From contig JBEWZL010000253.1 in NCBI GenBank assembly GCA_045837725.1, positions 234,808-254,807 on the forward strand: DNA of 20,000 nt, in the 5' to 3' direction. The notes beneath the pieces are model-generated. The model had not been told where the DNA came from. It saw only the letters and a list, made by a program, of their open reading frames with translations, and made no database searches. Shown piece after piece: positions 1-11,995 of the stretch; within the stretch, counting starts at the first letter, position 1; every line of letters begins with the position of its first letter. The position numbers and the translations under genes are program-made. This DNA comes from Vermamoeba vermiformis. Taxonomy: Eukaryota.

Positions 1-167
1 TTGTACAACCGGCGGGCGAAATTACCTCGGAAAGTTTTTCGTATAAATTTCTGTACTATTGGAATTTCATCCTAGGATGAGTACTTACGTAATATCCCTG
101 CGAGTGTAGTTGCCTAAGACCGCCTTATCCGATTTTCGTGGTACCAATGCATAATAATATGACGCTG

Positions 168-1477
168 TTAATGAAACCACAAGTGATGTGCCCAGTCGTG
201 TTTGAACGAGTTCTCTAATTCACTGAATTGATGCACCCTGCTGCTCGTCGCGTTGAATAGCAACAGCGCCAGTCTGAAAGTGCTCTGATCGGACCAGCGA
301 TGCGTCACGAGTCCATTCATTGCCAAAATATAGTCTGCGTAGTGTTGATAGGCAGCAGATCTGAACCAGTTGACGCGACCCACTTGAAATGCACCGTGGA
401 ATACGGAATTGTTGAGTGCGCGGCGCTCAGCGGGTGTAATGTGCAGACAATCTAGGTAGTGCAGAGTCTCTTGCAGGGCCACGCACTGCTGAGGGTCATT
501 GCTCTCTGAGTAGACATTAATACTAGGAACGGACGTATAGCTGCATGACTTACGCGTAATGTAACCGTAGAGCAAGTTGTTGTCGTGCAGGTATTGGATC
601 GGATCTGGTTCAATTTCTTTGATCGGATACATGTCCGAGTCAATTGAAAGATAGTAGTCGAACTCTTTCATCAGCGGGTGGTCCCACAGGCCTAACAATA
701 GAAAGTTGTTAGTTGGAAGGCCAGTTGACCTAGTGTTACCTTTGATGCGCCAGTAGTTCATGAACACGTAGTTCATTGAATGCAACGAGTATTGCTGCAA
801 ATTTGACATGCACCGCACGTAGGCGTCAGGGTCTACCACGTGATTGGCAAAGAACTCTTGTTTGACACGTGTCACATCACTGAACACGACGTTTTGTTCG
901 ACAGTCGCGCGATTCAGCCAGTCAATGTCACTGCGCGAGACAGTCTCGTCGTAGAACACTATGACCGAGTAGTCGTGGCGGTGATTATAATAGCGCCATA
1001 TGTCCTGCAGGTGATAGTACAGCTCTTTCACATACGATCTAAACCACGGCGTGTTTTTTTCGTTGACGAGCAGATAGACAATCACTCCGCGAGGTTTCGA
1101 GTGCGCATTGGTCGATATGTTAGGTATAATAGCCTCGTATGGCGTTATTTTGCGCAGCTCGGTGCAGTTGGGTGGGACAATGACGGGGAGTTCGCGGATG
1201 TAGGCTAGATATCTCTGCCTTCGCACTTCTGATACCAAAGATTATTGCCACGATTTTTTTAGGTTTATTTTAAATTAAAGTGAAGATAAAAAATAAAGAT
1301 TTGAATTTTTTGGTGGATCTGACGCTGCCAAACGCACCTGCCAAGGGAAAAAATTTTAAAAAGTCAATTACCTCGATATTCTATTAATTTGGGGAAGCTG
1401 ACAATCCACAGTATTGTGGCAACTACACAAAAGCCTAATATTCCGTGCAGCACTCTTCTGCTGCGTGCAATCGCCAT
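168..1477 (-). CDS. Glycosyltransferase family 15 (KRE2/KTR-like alpha-1,2-mannosyltransferase), type II membrane protein, 4 exons
   Basis: ATG at 1477 gives MAIARSRRVLHGILGFCVVATILWIVSF (signal anchor). GT-AG intron 1371-1229 joins it in frame to the 168..1238 ORF. Two further 48-nt in-frame introns (739-692, 553-506) restore YWRIKGLWDHPLMKEFDYYLSIDSD. C-terminal WFRSAAYQHY..GLVTHRWSDQ matches GT15 motifs. Confidence 0.8.
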
Positions 1478-1648
1478 TCCTTTGCGAGTTAGCACAACTA
1501 TGATATTACGCTTAATACGCGACTGGGTCCTGATTGTGTTGCTCAAAAACGACTTAGAACAACGTTGCAAAAATAATGAGGCATTAGCGTGCTATCCGCC
1601 CAGCTGCACAACAATTAGTTAAACATATGTTATTTTTATTAACTTGAA

Positions 1649-4600
1649 ATGGACGTAAACAATAAAAAGCGTAAAGGAGAGGATCTGGAGCACGATCACC
1701 AAAAGAAGCAGCGAGTTAGTGAGAATACTAACGACTTTAATTGTAAGGCTAATTTTAAAAATCTACTAAATTCATTGTCTTATTTACAGCAATTTTGAAT
1801 GATAAATTATAGATCTGGAGTCGTTACCGCTTGAGATTCTTCTTGAGCTAGCAAAGGAAGTTGGCTCTTACTCGGTCGTACTCTTGTCCTTGACGTGCAA
1901 ACATTTCTACGACTCATTCTCTACCGACAACAAGTTCTGGTTCTCGTTGTTTTGCAATGAGCGCCTTGTCAACCGCACTGCTGTAGATCTCGACAACTCC
2001 TCGCTGCGAGAGGGTAATTGAATTTAGCTCATGGTCATTCTTTTGTTGATAATATTGTAGACTTGGAGGATTTGGAGGATGAAGACTATGTCTTTGACAG
2101 ATACGACGATGAATTGACTACTGACACGGCTCAAATACAACGCGAATTAATTTCAGACGATTATCGCCCAAAATATCTCAAAGGCAATGAGTTAATAGCT
2201 CAGGGACAGGAAGACAAGCCAATCAAATACGACGAGCAAATCAACTACAAAGAGTTGGCGGTCGATGAGTGGCTGAAGAGACAGCACTTTGAGCTCTGGA
2301 ACGACACTGCTTGTGCCTCACTGTACCAATCAACTTGCAATTGTCGTGCTGAAGAGACAGACCTCGTGTTGTACGACGACAATGGCAATGAGCTGTCAGT
2401 AGACTATTCGGACAATGAATTGGTAGTACTAGACGGACCAGCTGATAGCACCGTGGAATCACTGTCGGACGACGAGTCAGACGAGGATTCAGACCAGGAG
2501 ATGAGTGCTGTGAGCTGTGACAGTGACGCGAGTGAGGCTGATGAAGAGGTTGAGCCTGTGATGTTGACTGCAGAGCTGAGGGACAAAATTATCGCGTAAG
2601 ATAACGGTGATTATTGTTGTATCACATGATCTTGGTAATTGACACGGTACGAATAGGAGCGTAGCGGACAGTCCTCAGTTGAAGATATTCGTGCAAGTGC
2701 TCGATGCCGCAGTGCTCGGGCACATTCCTCCGTCGACGTGCCCTGACACGGAAAGACTCGCCGTAAGCAGAGTATATATATCTCTGTAACTTGGCTTTAC
2801 TGATGCCTTCCCTAGATAACTAAATTGTATCATAAAGTGGTGCACTTGGGCAATGTCGTCGAGGAAGTGATCGCTCAAATATCACGCGCTGTTAATTTGG
2901 ACGCACAAGCGTGTCACATGATGCTGTTTTGTGCCTTACAAAAGCTCTGCCTCACCGACTTGCTGTATTTGGATCAGGCGGTGAAAGCACGATTTCCGTA
3001 TTTTGCAAATGTTTTCTCAGGTCAGTAACAAGGCTAAGGTCGTTGTAACTAACTACTGACACCAACAACAGTGCATAATATTGAGCGCAGCGTGCCGGCG
3101 TCGTGGCATGATTTGGTGGCTTGCAATGAACCACATTGGGCATTCAGCTTTCACGCATCTATGGCCTCGAATGACGAGTTAGATTCGATGCCTGATTGGT
3201 TGTCGCGTGAGAGCTAGCTAACCAATCATATCGACCCCAAACTGACTGCTTCAGTGCGGCACTCCATTCATCGCCTCATGCGTTGCTGGGTATTAAATGC
3301 TACTCCAAGTGCTACCGGTCAGTATTCACCGTCGATTGTGAGCCTCTAACTCTTTCGCCAGAGCACGCCATCAGTGAACTAGTTGAATTTGTTCGAAGTA
3401 CTCTACAGAGTATTATTGAGCTGAAAGGCGCGTCAGATGCGCAATCAATTGAAGTTAGCGAGATTGACGTGTTGAAAGCAGTGTGCAGACATCCCAAAAC
3501 GGCAGACTTTGTCCAACCTCACACCATGTACTTGACGAGCAAACTGATGCAAGAGAGCATGGTGCAGTTGCGGTCTGACAGCGAGTGTTCGTACGCGAGC
3601 AGTTATTCCGATGCAAGTGAAGAGGAGGAGGATTTAAATCAGTTCGTGGAAGAGAATAAAACGAACATACTGCACGGCGGGCAATCACTGGCACTGGCCA
3701 ACAACGAAAACAAAGACGAGGACAGCATTGAAGAGGACTTGAATAATTACCAAGACCTAACCGAGCAAATCAAGGTAATTGAGCTGCGTGTGCACGCGCG
3801 AGTATTAACTAGTGTCACAGCGCAGCGTTCAGGGCGTGGAAGATGACACGAGCCCATTGTTGATGCGCACAGCAGTCGTGTACGGCCAAACTGACTTGAC
3901 CGCGGAACAACTCAATGACCTCAGTGACGAGGCATTCAGCGACAGCGACGAGCAAGTCGAGGAACAATTGATTGCGTGGTACGTCTGCACAGTGCTGCAT
4001 TTGAAGTAAATTAATCGACGAACCAGGCTGGCCGTTGACGATGACATTTACAACCCTGATTATGTGGAGAAAATGATTCACACCCTCAAACAAGACGCTG
4101 CGTACTATGCAGGCAATGGCGAGGCAGGTGATCGAGCAGAGGATGAGATGGGTGCAATCGACAGCAAGGTGCCAGATGATTTGCCTGAGTTGCGACAAGA
4201 CTTGTCAGAGGCCCATCGCGCTAAAATACTCGACGTGCGACGTAAGATTGTTTTGCAGAAAAGGAGTCGTTGTTCTAACTTCTTTATTTGCAGGAGAGAC
4301 CAATCGGCTGTTAAAAGCAGAAATTATGCGCGAACACAGCGAATTTTTGATGAAAAAGGTGGGATTATTCATTGTTCTTCGAACTAGTGACTGATTTCCT
4401 TGCCAGTACGATCGACTTTATGACAACTACATCGAGCACGGTGGCGTGCTAGATCCATTGCAAAGCAAGTCGTTGGAGATTAAATTCTTTTCAGATAACG
4501 ACAAGAACATCAAGCGCGCTGTCAATGAAGCAATCGAACTGATCGGTGAGTCGAGAACGAGTTCAGTTTTGATAGCTAATATTGACAGCACTGACAGGCA

Positions 4601-5318
4601 AAATTGAATCTTTGAAAACAATTAAAATTTACGACCACCACGACGCAAAGAATATTGAAGACGTGCCCGATGCTGTTCTCAACGAGCAATCTACGCCCAT
4701 CCAATCACTATTCGACGCTATTCAGAATAGCGCTAGCATCGATACGATCAAGCTTTACAGCTGTCATTTTCTAGACCTAGTGCCGCTGATTAAGTTGCTG
4801 TCGTGCAAGAAATTGGAAAGATTTCACTTCGTTTTTACCGATTCGTAAGTCACATCTGGCCCCAATCTTCTGGCTCTAACCTGCAATATGATTAGCTTTG
4901 AATTAGCCCCAGTCCAGCTCGCACCATTCTTGGACGAATTGAGCAAACATTCGTCGTTAAAAGAGTTGGCAATCGACTATCCAGTGGTCCGCAGAGCTAA
5001 CTTTCACATCCAAGAGGCACTGCTATCACTGCTGCCTTCACTTCAAGTTCTCAAATTGGTGTTGCCTTTCGGTTCAGCCGATCGTAAGTACCGTGCTGTA
5101 CAATTAAGCATTGATTAACTTGCTCATGCTCAGAGGCAACTCTCGAGCATTTAGAGACTCTGATGCCGAAGTGCAATTCATTGCAGAGAGTGGTACTGTG
5201 CTTCAATCGCTTTGACCTCTTTAAACAACCGACCGAATACTTCACACAAATGTGCCACAATATCACCGAGGCTGCGAAACCTGCTGCGGTGCTCTTCACG
5301 ATCAGTCTGAATTGTTGA
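1649..5318 (+). CDS. Large multi-exon F-box protein with acidic tracts and C-terminal LRR-like region
   Basis: ATG 1649 gives MDVNNKKRKGEDLEHDHQKKQR. After an intron comes LESLPLEILLELAKEVGSYSVVLLSLTCKHF..FW (F-box). ORF fragments at 2018, 2825, 3283, 3812, 4064, 4582 and 4888 are bounded by GT-AG introns. LRR-like segments include SLKTIKI, KLERFHF, SLKELAI, SLQVLKL and SLQRVVL. Last exon ends TGA 5316-5318. One junction near 3180-3220 is unresolved. Confidence 0.7.
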
Positions 5319-5392
5319 GGACAATAAAGGACTCCATCATTGTGATAAAATACTGGGAGCGTTTATCAATTAACTGTTACACAGTCTGGCAT

Positions 5393-6953
5393 CTAAACGG
5401 TGACGTAAGTGGACTCGTGAGCAATACCGCAAGTGTCATCGCCCATAGCCAAGAGGATGTAACCTTGAATACCCCAGTCGGTGTTCCAAGAGTTGCGCAC
5501 GATCCAGTAGGGAGTAGGGGCAGTGGTGTCGTAACCAACCAATTGCACGCAGTGGTCGAGGAAGTTGATCCAAGCGCACTCTTCCCAGTCCATAACTCCG
5601 CTTTGGTAGTCTTGCCAGTTAGCAGCATCGACGCACACACTACACGGAGAGTTAGAACTCGGTACGATCGCACAAAATAGGGTACAATTACCTCAAAGGA
5701 CCCTTGGTGACGAGGTTGGCTCTCAATTCGGACTCGCTGTACCAAGTCGTGGACTGTGAGGTCATTAGTCCAAGCACTTCGGAAAGTATATATCGACAAT
5801 CACTTACGTAAGCCCAGCTCTTGATCTTAGCGGCAATGCCAGACTTGTTGAAGGCGCACACACCGTCTTCACCAGTGTAGGGGTAGTACGCAGCGGATTC
5901 GAGACCACCAGCGCTGATGACTGAAGAGACAGTCAGTCAGGTTGCACACAAGTACTCATTGACTGTAGTACGTACCGTAGTCGTAGGCAGTAGGAGGCTC
6001 ACCACCTTCACAACCACCGTCAGAACCGTCGCAATCGACGATTTGTTGAGGAGCGAGGTTCAACTTGTCAGCGGTAGACTTGCCAGCCAAGATCCAAGCT
6101 GACTCGATGGTTTCGGTGGCACTGAAGGCCCAGCAACTGCGCACATTGATTCGTTAGTGCCAGCCCAATTGATGTAGCCAATAATATCTTAAGACAAGTT
6201 ACCTGCCGCATTGACCTTGATCCTTGACGGGAGTAACAGCACCACGGCTTCTCCTATGTAAAGTATAAGTTTCCACACTTAACAAAGGCCGTAAAATATT
6301 GCTGTGTTAACGGTAAATTACCAATCGAGCTTCTTAGGCTCAGCAGCAGCCAAGAGCTCAGCCTTGTTGGCCTTGATGGGGCTAGGAGTAGCAGGGATCT
6401 TGTTCTTCATCAAATAAAGTTCTCTGAACTCTTCAGGAGTGAGATCTGGTTGACACGTTAGTTTTACAGTCGATCTAGCAGCGAAGTCTTTGTTGATTCC
6501 GAGTTACGGATAACGATGGATTACCTGAGAACTTAGTAACGCCGTACTTGGCACCATTAGGGAATCGTCTGGTTCTTTCTTCAACGCGTTGAAGAGAAGC
6601 CTAAAAATAACAGTGTCAATAATTTGGATTTTAGAATCGTCAGTTAGTAAATATTTATGTGATTTATTTGTAAATAATAACAGCTATATATTTAATTTTA
6701 TTGTTACATACCTTGAAGTTGTTAAATCTGAGTTGAGCTTCTTCAGCGGTTTTGTAGTTCTTGTTGTAGGCCTTAGTGAACAATTGGAACTCGTCTAAAT
6801 AATTAATATGACATTAGTTTTATCGATAAACTCGCGTAATTGCAGTATCCACTTACTGAAAAGTTCGCTTTCAGATCGACCAGAGAATTGAGCGCTGGCC
6901 AAGCAGAGAACGGAGAGGGCGGCCAATAAGCCAATGACAACGGTGAACTTCAT
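5393..6953 (-). CDS. Papain-family (C1A) cysteine protease, pre-pro-enzyme (cathepsin L/F-like), multi-exon
   Basis: ATG 6953 gives signal peptide MKFTVVIGLLAALSVLCLASA, followed by an I29 prodomain (RFNNFK..YGVTKFSDLTPEEFR). Spliced active site VKDQGQCGSCWAFS; catalytic His in LDHCVQLVGY and Asn in YWIVRNSW; stop at 5393. Confidence 0.95.
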
Positions 6954-7350
6954 CGTTAAGTGTGTATTACTAACGCGAAGAAAGAATCAAATCAACAAAA
7001 AAGATTATTTTGTTTTTGACACTTCGTTTGACACTTGGACAGGACCAGCATGATTATCAAGCCCGAATTAATATTTAAATACGCAACTAAGTACATTTCT
7101 AATCAAGTCTTGTTTAATTGCAGCAACGTGATTCAAAACGCGATCCCACGAACATCTTTTTGTAGTTAATAGTGATGCTCGAGGCCTTGATATCGAGGTC
7201 ACAATATCAGCAAAATATGTCGTAGAAATTGGCAGAAATGTTGTAAAAATTTCTTAATTATTGAGCGAAAGACTTTTAAGCCGAGCGTCGTGCCCTTCTA
7301 ACCAGTTACATCTCTAATCTAACCATACTAGCACTTCAAATCAAACTTTC

Positions 7351-7843
7351 ATGTCCGCCTCTAAAGAAGCACCAACGCAAAACACTGAAACTCCGTACTC
7401 GGATACTGCAAAGGTCGAGTTGATCGAACCCACGAAGGATAAACCTACTAAGACGAAAGAGTTCAAGACTTCGACGTAAGCTCCTGATTGTTTGTTATTG
7501 TTGTTTGGGACTCTCGCTCGAATATTGACTCATAAAATTTGTAGCGACTTGCCTAGCAAGCCTAGCGATCAAATATACGGTGGAGCGCTAGAAAATGACC
7601 CCAGTAAGTATTTTCATTCGAGTGCAACGTAGTTTCTCGCAATTTTGAGATTTGCCACTGATTTACTTTTCGTTTCCAAATATAGATATGCCGGCTACAG
7701 ATCAATCAGCTTTCCCTGTCCCAACAACGAGCTACGAAGAAGTGCGACACCCTGAAGGTGAGGTAGAAGGCGTGCCGAAACTATTCAAAGGTCAAGCTTT
7801 GGACCAAGGCAGGGGTGAGGCCAAGAAGCAAAGTCAATCGTAA
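7351..7843 (+). CDS. Small (113 aa) hydrophilic, probably disordered protein of unknown function, 3 exons
   Basis: ATG 7351; introns 7476-7544 (GTAAGC..TAG) and 7604-7685 (GTAAGT..TAG) keep the frame to TAA 7843. AATAAA lies about 30 nt downstream. Confidence 0.7.
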
Positions 7844-8043
7844 AGAAGTTTCTCCGCCTTCTATTGTATCACGAATAAAGTGGTGACTTTGTTGTAGAAT
7901 TATTATTTATCTTCATATTACAAATACATTAATAGAAGTGCCACACGATAGTTTGTGGTTTTGGTGTGTGTGTTTTTTTTGTGGGTTTTAAAATTTTTTT
8001 TTTTGGTTTTTTGGTTTTCCGGCTCACCAGAAACTACGCGAGA

Positions 8044-9056
8044 TTAGTAGTCTGTTTGTTTCGACATGACAGTCAACTTACATTCGTATTGCGCACGAAT
8101 AGCAAACATTCCGTCAGGCGACAATACCATGTGCACAGCACCCTCTTCGTTGAACTCGAAGAGTTTAGTGCGCAAGGACTCGCCCGAAATAGTGCACAGC
8201 TCGTACAACGTAGGTCTAATGAGCACGAGATCATTGGATGCTGCACAATATCGTTATGAGCACGCGATGAATGTAAAACAAATTTGACACGTACCAGCCC
8301 ACGCAATGTCGTGCAATTGACCGCTGAGATTATTGCGCGTGAATGAGCCAATCAGCGACGGCGTGTAGTGCTCATCGAAGGCGTACACGACCACTTTGTC
8401 ACTGCCCTCAGGAGTGTGCAGTACAAATGCAATTTGACCGAGGCCTAGTGCGATCATTAGTACGGTAGAAATGATGCAACAATGAGTGACTTACTTGAAC
8501 TCGCAACGTGCGTCACGTCCAAATCAAAGTCCACAGCGCACAACTTGCGTCCTGTTTCGGTGCAGGTGATGGTGCATCGTCGATAATTGCGACTAATACG
8601 CGCTAGTTTGTGATCGTCCCATTTCAACAGTTGGACTGGCGTGCGTAACACAGCACGTTCTCGGCCCCAGCGGGGTGGCGGTATTGGTTCGTCAGCAGGC
8701 TGCAGAGACATTATTTTGACGCGGTAACCAAATGCTTCTTCGACCTGCGCTGCTCGTTTGATTGCCCGCACGGATTTGGCTCTGTTCGTCGATTGCAGTA
8801 AATCGTCGAATCCAACAGGGAATATTCTCTTGACGTAGGATTGCAAGCGAGAGTCGACTATGGACTTCAGTTTTGAACAAGTAGTCGCGAGTATCAATAA
8901 ACCTCGAGCACCAACGAAGTTCAACAGATGGAGAAGTGGATCGTCCGGCAAATCTGTCAATGGCGGCTCACTCTGTATACTGGCGCCATTTTTTTGTTTT
9001 TTGTTAGCTTCGAGATCAAGATCGAGATCGGCGCTTGCTTTTCTTTTCTTGTCCAT
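8044..9056 (-). CDS. F-box protein with bipartite NLS and beta-rich C-terminus, 3 exons
   Basis: MDKKRK..NKKQK, then LTDLPDDPLLHLLNFVGARGLLILATTCSKL (F-box). Introns 8494-8445 and 8294-8241 join ORFs 8457..9056, 8254..8457 and 8044..8226 in frame. Confidence 0.75.
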
Positions 9057-9337
9057 GGCGAATTTCTTCGTGCTTATTTAATAATTACGGCTAAATTAAC
9101 GGCGCTTGCGCAGATAGATATTTATGCTGCAAAGCACGTGTCAATCCTATTTTCACGATTTTATTCCTCGAAGGCCGCTAAAATTTACTAAGAGTTAATG
9201 ATTAAAGCCAGGCTCATCTTCTTATTTTAAATGGACCATTTAATTACGTAAGGTTCTAAAGTAGGCTTGTTGTGCTGATGCGCTATTCGTTGGAAATAAA
9301 AATCTTGTTTCGTTCGTAAGAGAAAAAGATCACCACG

Positions 9338-10121
9338 ATGAAACACCTGACCTCGTTCGTAGTATTACAAACAATTGTGATATTTTATTTTGCAATTACA
9401 GCTCACTCCGAGGCACTACCTGACGGATTTGTTCATCTGTCTGCGAGTTAATCCGACGATAATTCAAGAAATGCGCTATTATTCAGAGCACAATTTTGTA
9501 GGTCATAAAATTAATGGCTACGCAGCGCCTGAATGCATATTGACAGTTTCAGCAGCGAAGAATCTTAGCTTCGTGCAACAAGAGCTTCTTTCATTAGATC
9601 CACCCCTTAGTATTAAAGTATATGACTGTTATAGACCTCAGCGTGCAGTTGATGAATTTTACAGCTGGTCGCTCGATCCACAGCTCACGCAGATGCAGCT
9701 CGAATTTTATCCAGGCCTGAACAAGAGCACACTATTCGACCTCGGCTATATCGCACGCAAATCAGGACACAGTCGCGGCTCCACCATCGATTTGACCCTC
9801 GTGCCTTACCCTCCACCAGCACAGCCCGCCTACAAACCTGGCATGACACTCACGCCCTGCACCGCACCCTACGGGGTCCGATTTGACGACAACAGCATTG
9901 ACATGGGCACTGGCTTCGACTGTTTCAACGAGTTAGCGCACACCAGCAATCCGAATGTGCACGGCGTACAGCTTGAAAATCGTTTGCTGCTGAAGCGCAT
10001 CATGAACAAACACTTCTTCAACAATTATGCGCTGGAGTGGTGGCACTACACATTGATCGACGAGCCATTTCCCGACACTTATTTTGACTTTGAAATCACG
10101 TCAGTTTTATTCGCTTATTAA
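9338..10121 (+). CDS. ddpX: D-alanyl-D-alanine dipeptidase (VanX/DdpX, peptidase M15D) with signal peptide; apparent +1 frameshift at ~9440-9447
   Basis: Motifs VYDCYRPQRAV, SGHSRGSTIDLT (Zn ligands), DMGTGFDCF and EWWHY. Upstream frame from ATG 9338 encodes a signal peptide plus ALPDGFVHL, the typical family N-terminus, then stops at 9449-9451. Confidence 0.9.
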
Positions 10122-10218
10122 GTACATGAACCAGTATTAATTATTTACCCATACAGCCCTTCTTTGAGCGAAGAGTCAACAACGTACTGGTAAGTGAAAT
10201 CGCGTTGAGATTATGAAA

Positions 10219-11833
10219 TTACAACGGCCAATTTTGACGCTTCAAGCACATATCCCAAAACATGTATTCCATTTTCATTGCAGTTTTGAAATAATCGAGC
10301 ATGCGTTCTCTTTCTCCTGGAGGTAGCGTTACTGACACTTTGTCCATGAATGCGCGCAGTTTGGAGACCGAGGAGGTGAATTCATTGCCGCAATAATACT
10401 CGATCCATGTTGCGTAGGTGTCTTTAGCTTGATTGTCGTGCAAATAATGACCAATCTTATTATACAGCAAGAAGCAGGCCAACACTGATGCGAGACCAAC
10501 ATAGTACGGCTGTTCTCTCGTGACAGTGGTCAAGAACGACAAATAAAGTTGGTTGTTGGGCGCGAGTTGTGTGTTGAGAAAACTGTCCGTAATCTTCTTG
10601 TAACTGCTCGAGAGGTGCGTAATCATGTCTTTTTCATTCGATCCCGCTTCTAATATCTCGCTCAGTTCTTTTCTGAGCGATGCAGGAGTTTTTGATACGA
10701 TCACTGACAGCCGGTCGTCGAAAGTGTTCAAGAACTGCCGGTCTTGTTCGAGAAAGAACTGAAAGCTCTCTTTGGGCAGAGTGCCGTCTAGAATGCCCTG
10801 CACGAAACCATGAGCTCTGATCGTTTCGTACAGGTGCAGCGAGTGGGTCCAAAGGTACTCGGTGACTGGTTCAGGATGTCTCAGTAGTGGCCGACACGAG
10901 GTGTGCCAGAAGTGATTTAGAGGACCGTGGCCGTGTCCGACATTCAGTTCATCAGCTCGTTGAATCGCTCCTGCCACGTATTCATGCGCTTGTTTCACCG
11001 CATCCACAATGCTCATGCCCTAGGTTGTGCGTAAGCCTTGATTGAATTTTAGTCGCAGATACTTACTTGTGCGACAAACGCAGCTATTGCAGAGCTGAAA
11101 GTGCATCCACTGCCGTGCGTGTTTTTGGATTCGACTTTTGGGCTTGTAAACTCATGAAACGTGACCCCATCGTATAGTACGTCAGTTAGTGTTGTATGTC
11201 CTTCTAAATGACCTCCTTTAATCTAATTTCCATTAGATGAAATGCATGGCGAAGGGCGTTCCTACCAACACGTTGCGGGATCCAAAATCTTTTTGTATCT
11301 TCGTTGCTGCTTGCTTCATGGTTGGAATATCAGTGATTTTAATGTTCGTGATGAACTCAGCTTCTGGAATGTTCGGAGTTAATAGCGTGACGTATTTAAG
11401 GTTGGTTTTCAGCTCGATCTAAAAAAAGTATTCGAATTAATTGCAATTTAAAGCTGCAGCGCATATTTACAATGGAGCTCGGTTCCAGCAAGATAGACCC
11501 TCCTTTGGCAGTCATGACTGGATCCAAAACGATGGGAATATTTGTATCCTTGATCTGATCGAATACCGCCGAAATAGTTTCAGATGTGTGCAGCATTCCA
11601 ATCTTGATGCAATCGGTCCTTATGTCGTCAATAACTACTTTAATTTGCTCGCGAATATGTTGTGGAGGAATGTCAAATACCGAAGATACACCAAGCGTAT
11701 TTTGCGCAGTAATTGCAGTAATGACGGATGTGGCAAACACGCCCAGCGCAGAGATTGTCTTAATATCCGCTTGAATACCAGCTCCACCGCCAGAATCAGA
11801 TCCAGCAATCGTTAAACAGGTAAAGCAAGACAT
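10219..11833 (-). CDS. THI20: Bifunctional HMP/HMP-P kinase (ThiD) - thiaminase II/TenA fusion (THI20-like), 490 aa, 4 exons
   Basis: LTIAGSDSGGGAGIQADIKT, KIGML, VLDPVM, LLTPNIPEAE, IKGGH, NTHGSGCTFSSAIA, VGHGHGPLNHF, then TenA domain (FLEQDRQFL, LACFLLY, WIEYY, MEYMFWD). Introns 11470-11419, 11265-11223 and 11066-11020. Confidence 0.95.
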
Positions 11834-11995
11834 TTTGCAAAATGTGAGAGAGGATTTCTCGAATTACTTTTGCTGCAATTTATTGTTAAATAGTATTTCG
11901 AATGAGTTCAGTCTGAACTCACTGCACGGAAAATTTCATTGACAACGTGACAAGTTCTGCAACAAATTTTCTCAATACCTTTCGTCAGATCGAGG
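11834..11995. promoter_or_regulatory. 162-bp bidirectional promoter region with central perfect inverted repeat TGAGTTCAG-T-CTGAACTCA (11903-11921)
   Basis: Lies between two divergent ATGs. The palindrome centre (11912) is within 3 bp of the intergenic midpoint. Confidence 0.6.

Noticed and set aside
1-150. Possible exons of a further minus-strand gene (GTAAGT and GTAATT donors)
   Set aside because: Too short and truncated by the window edge; no recognisable product.
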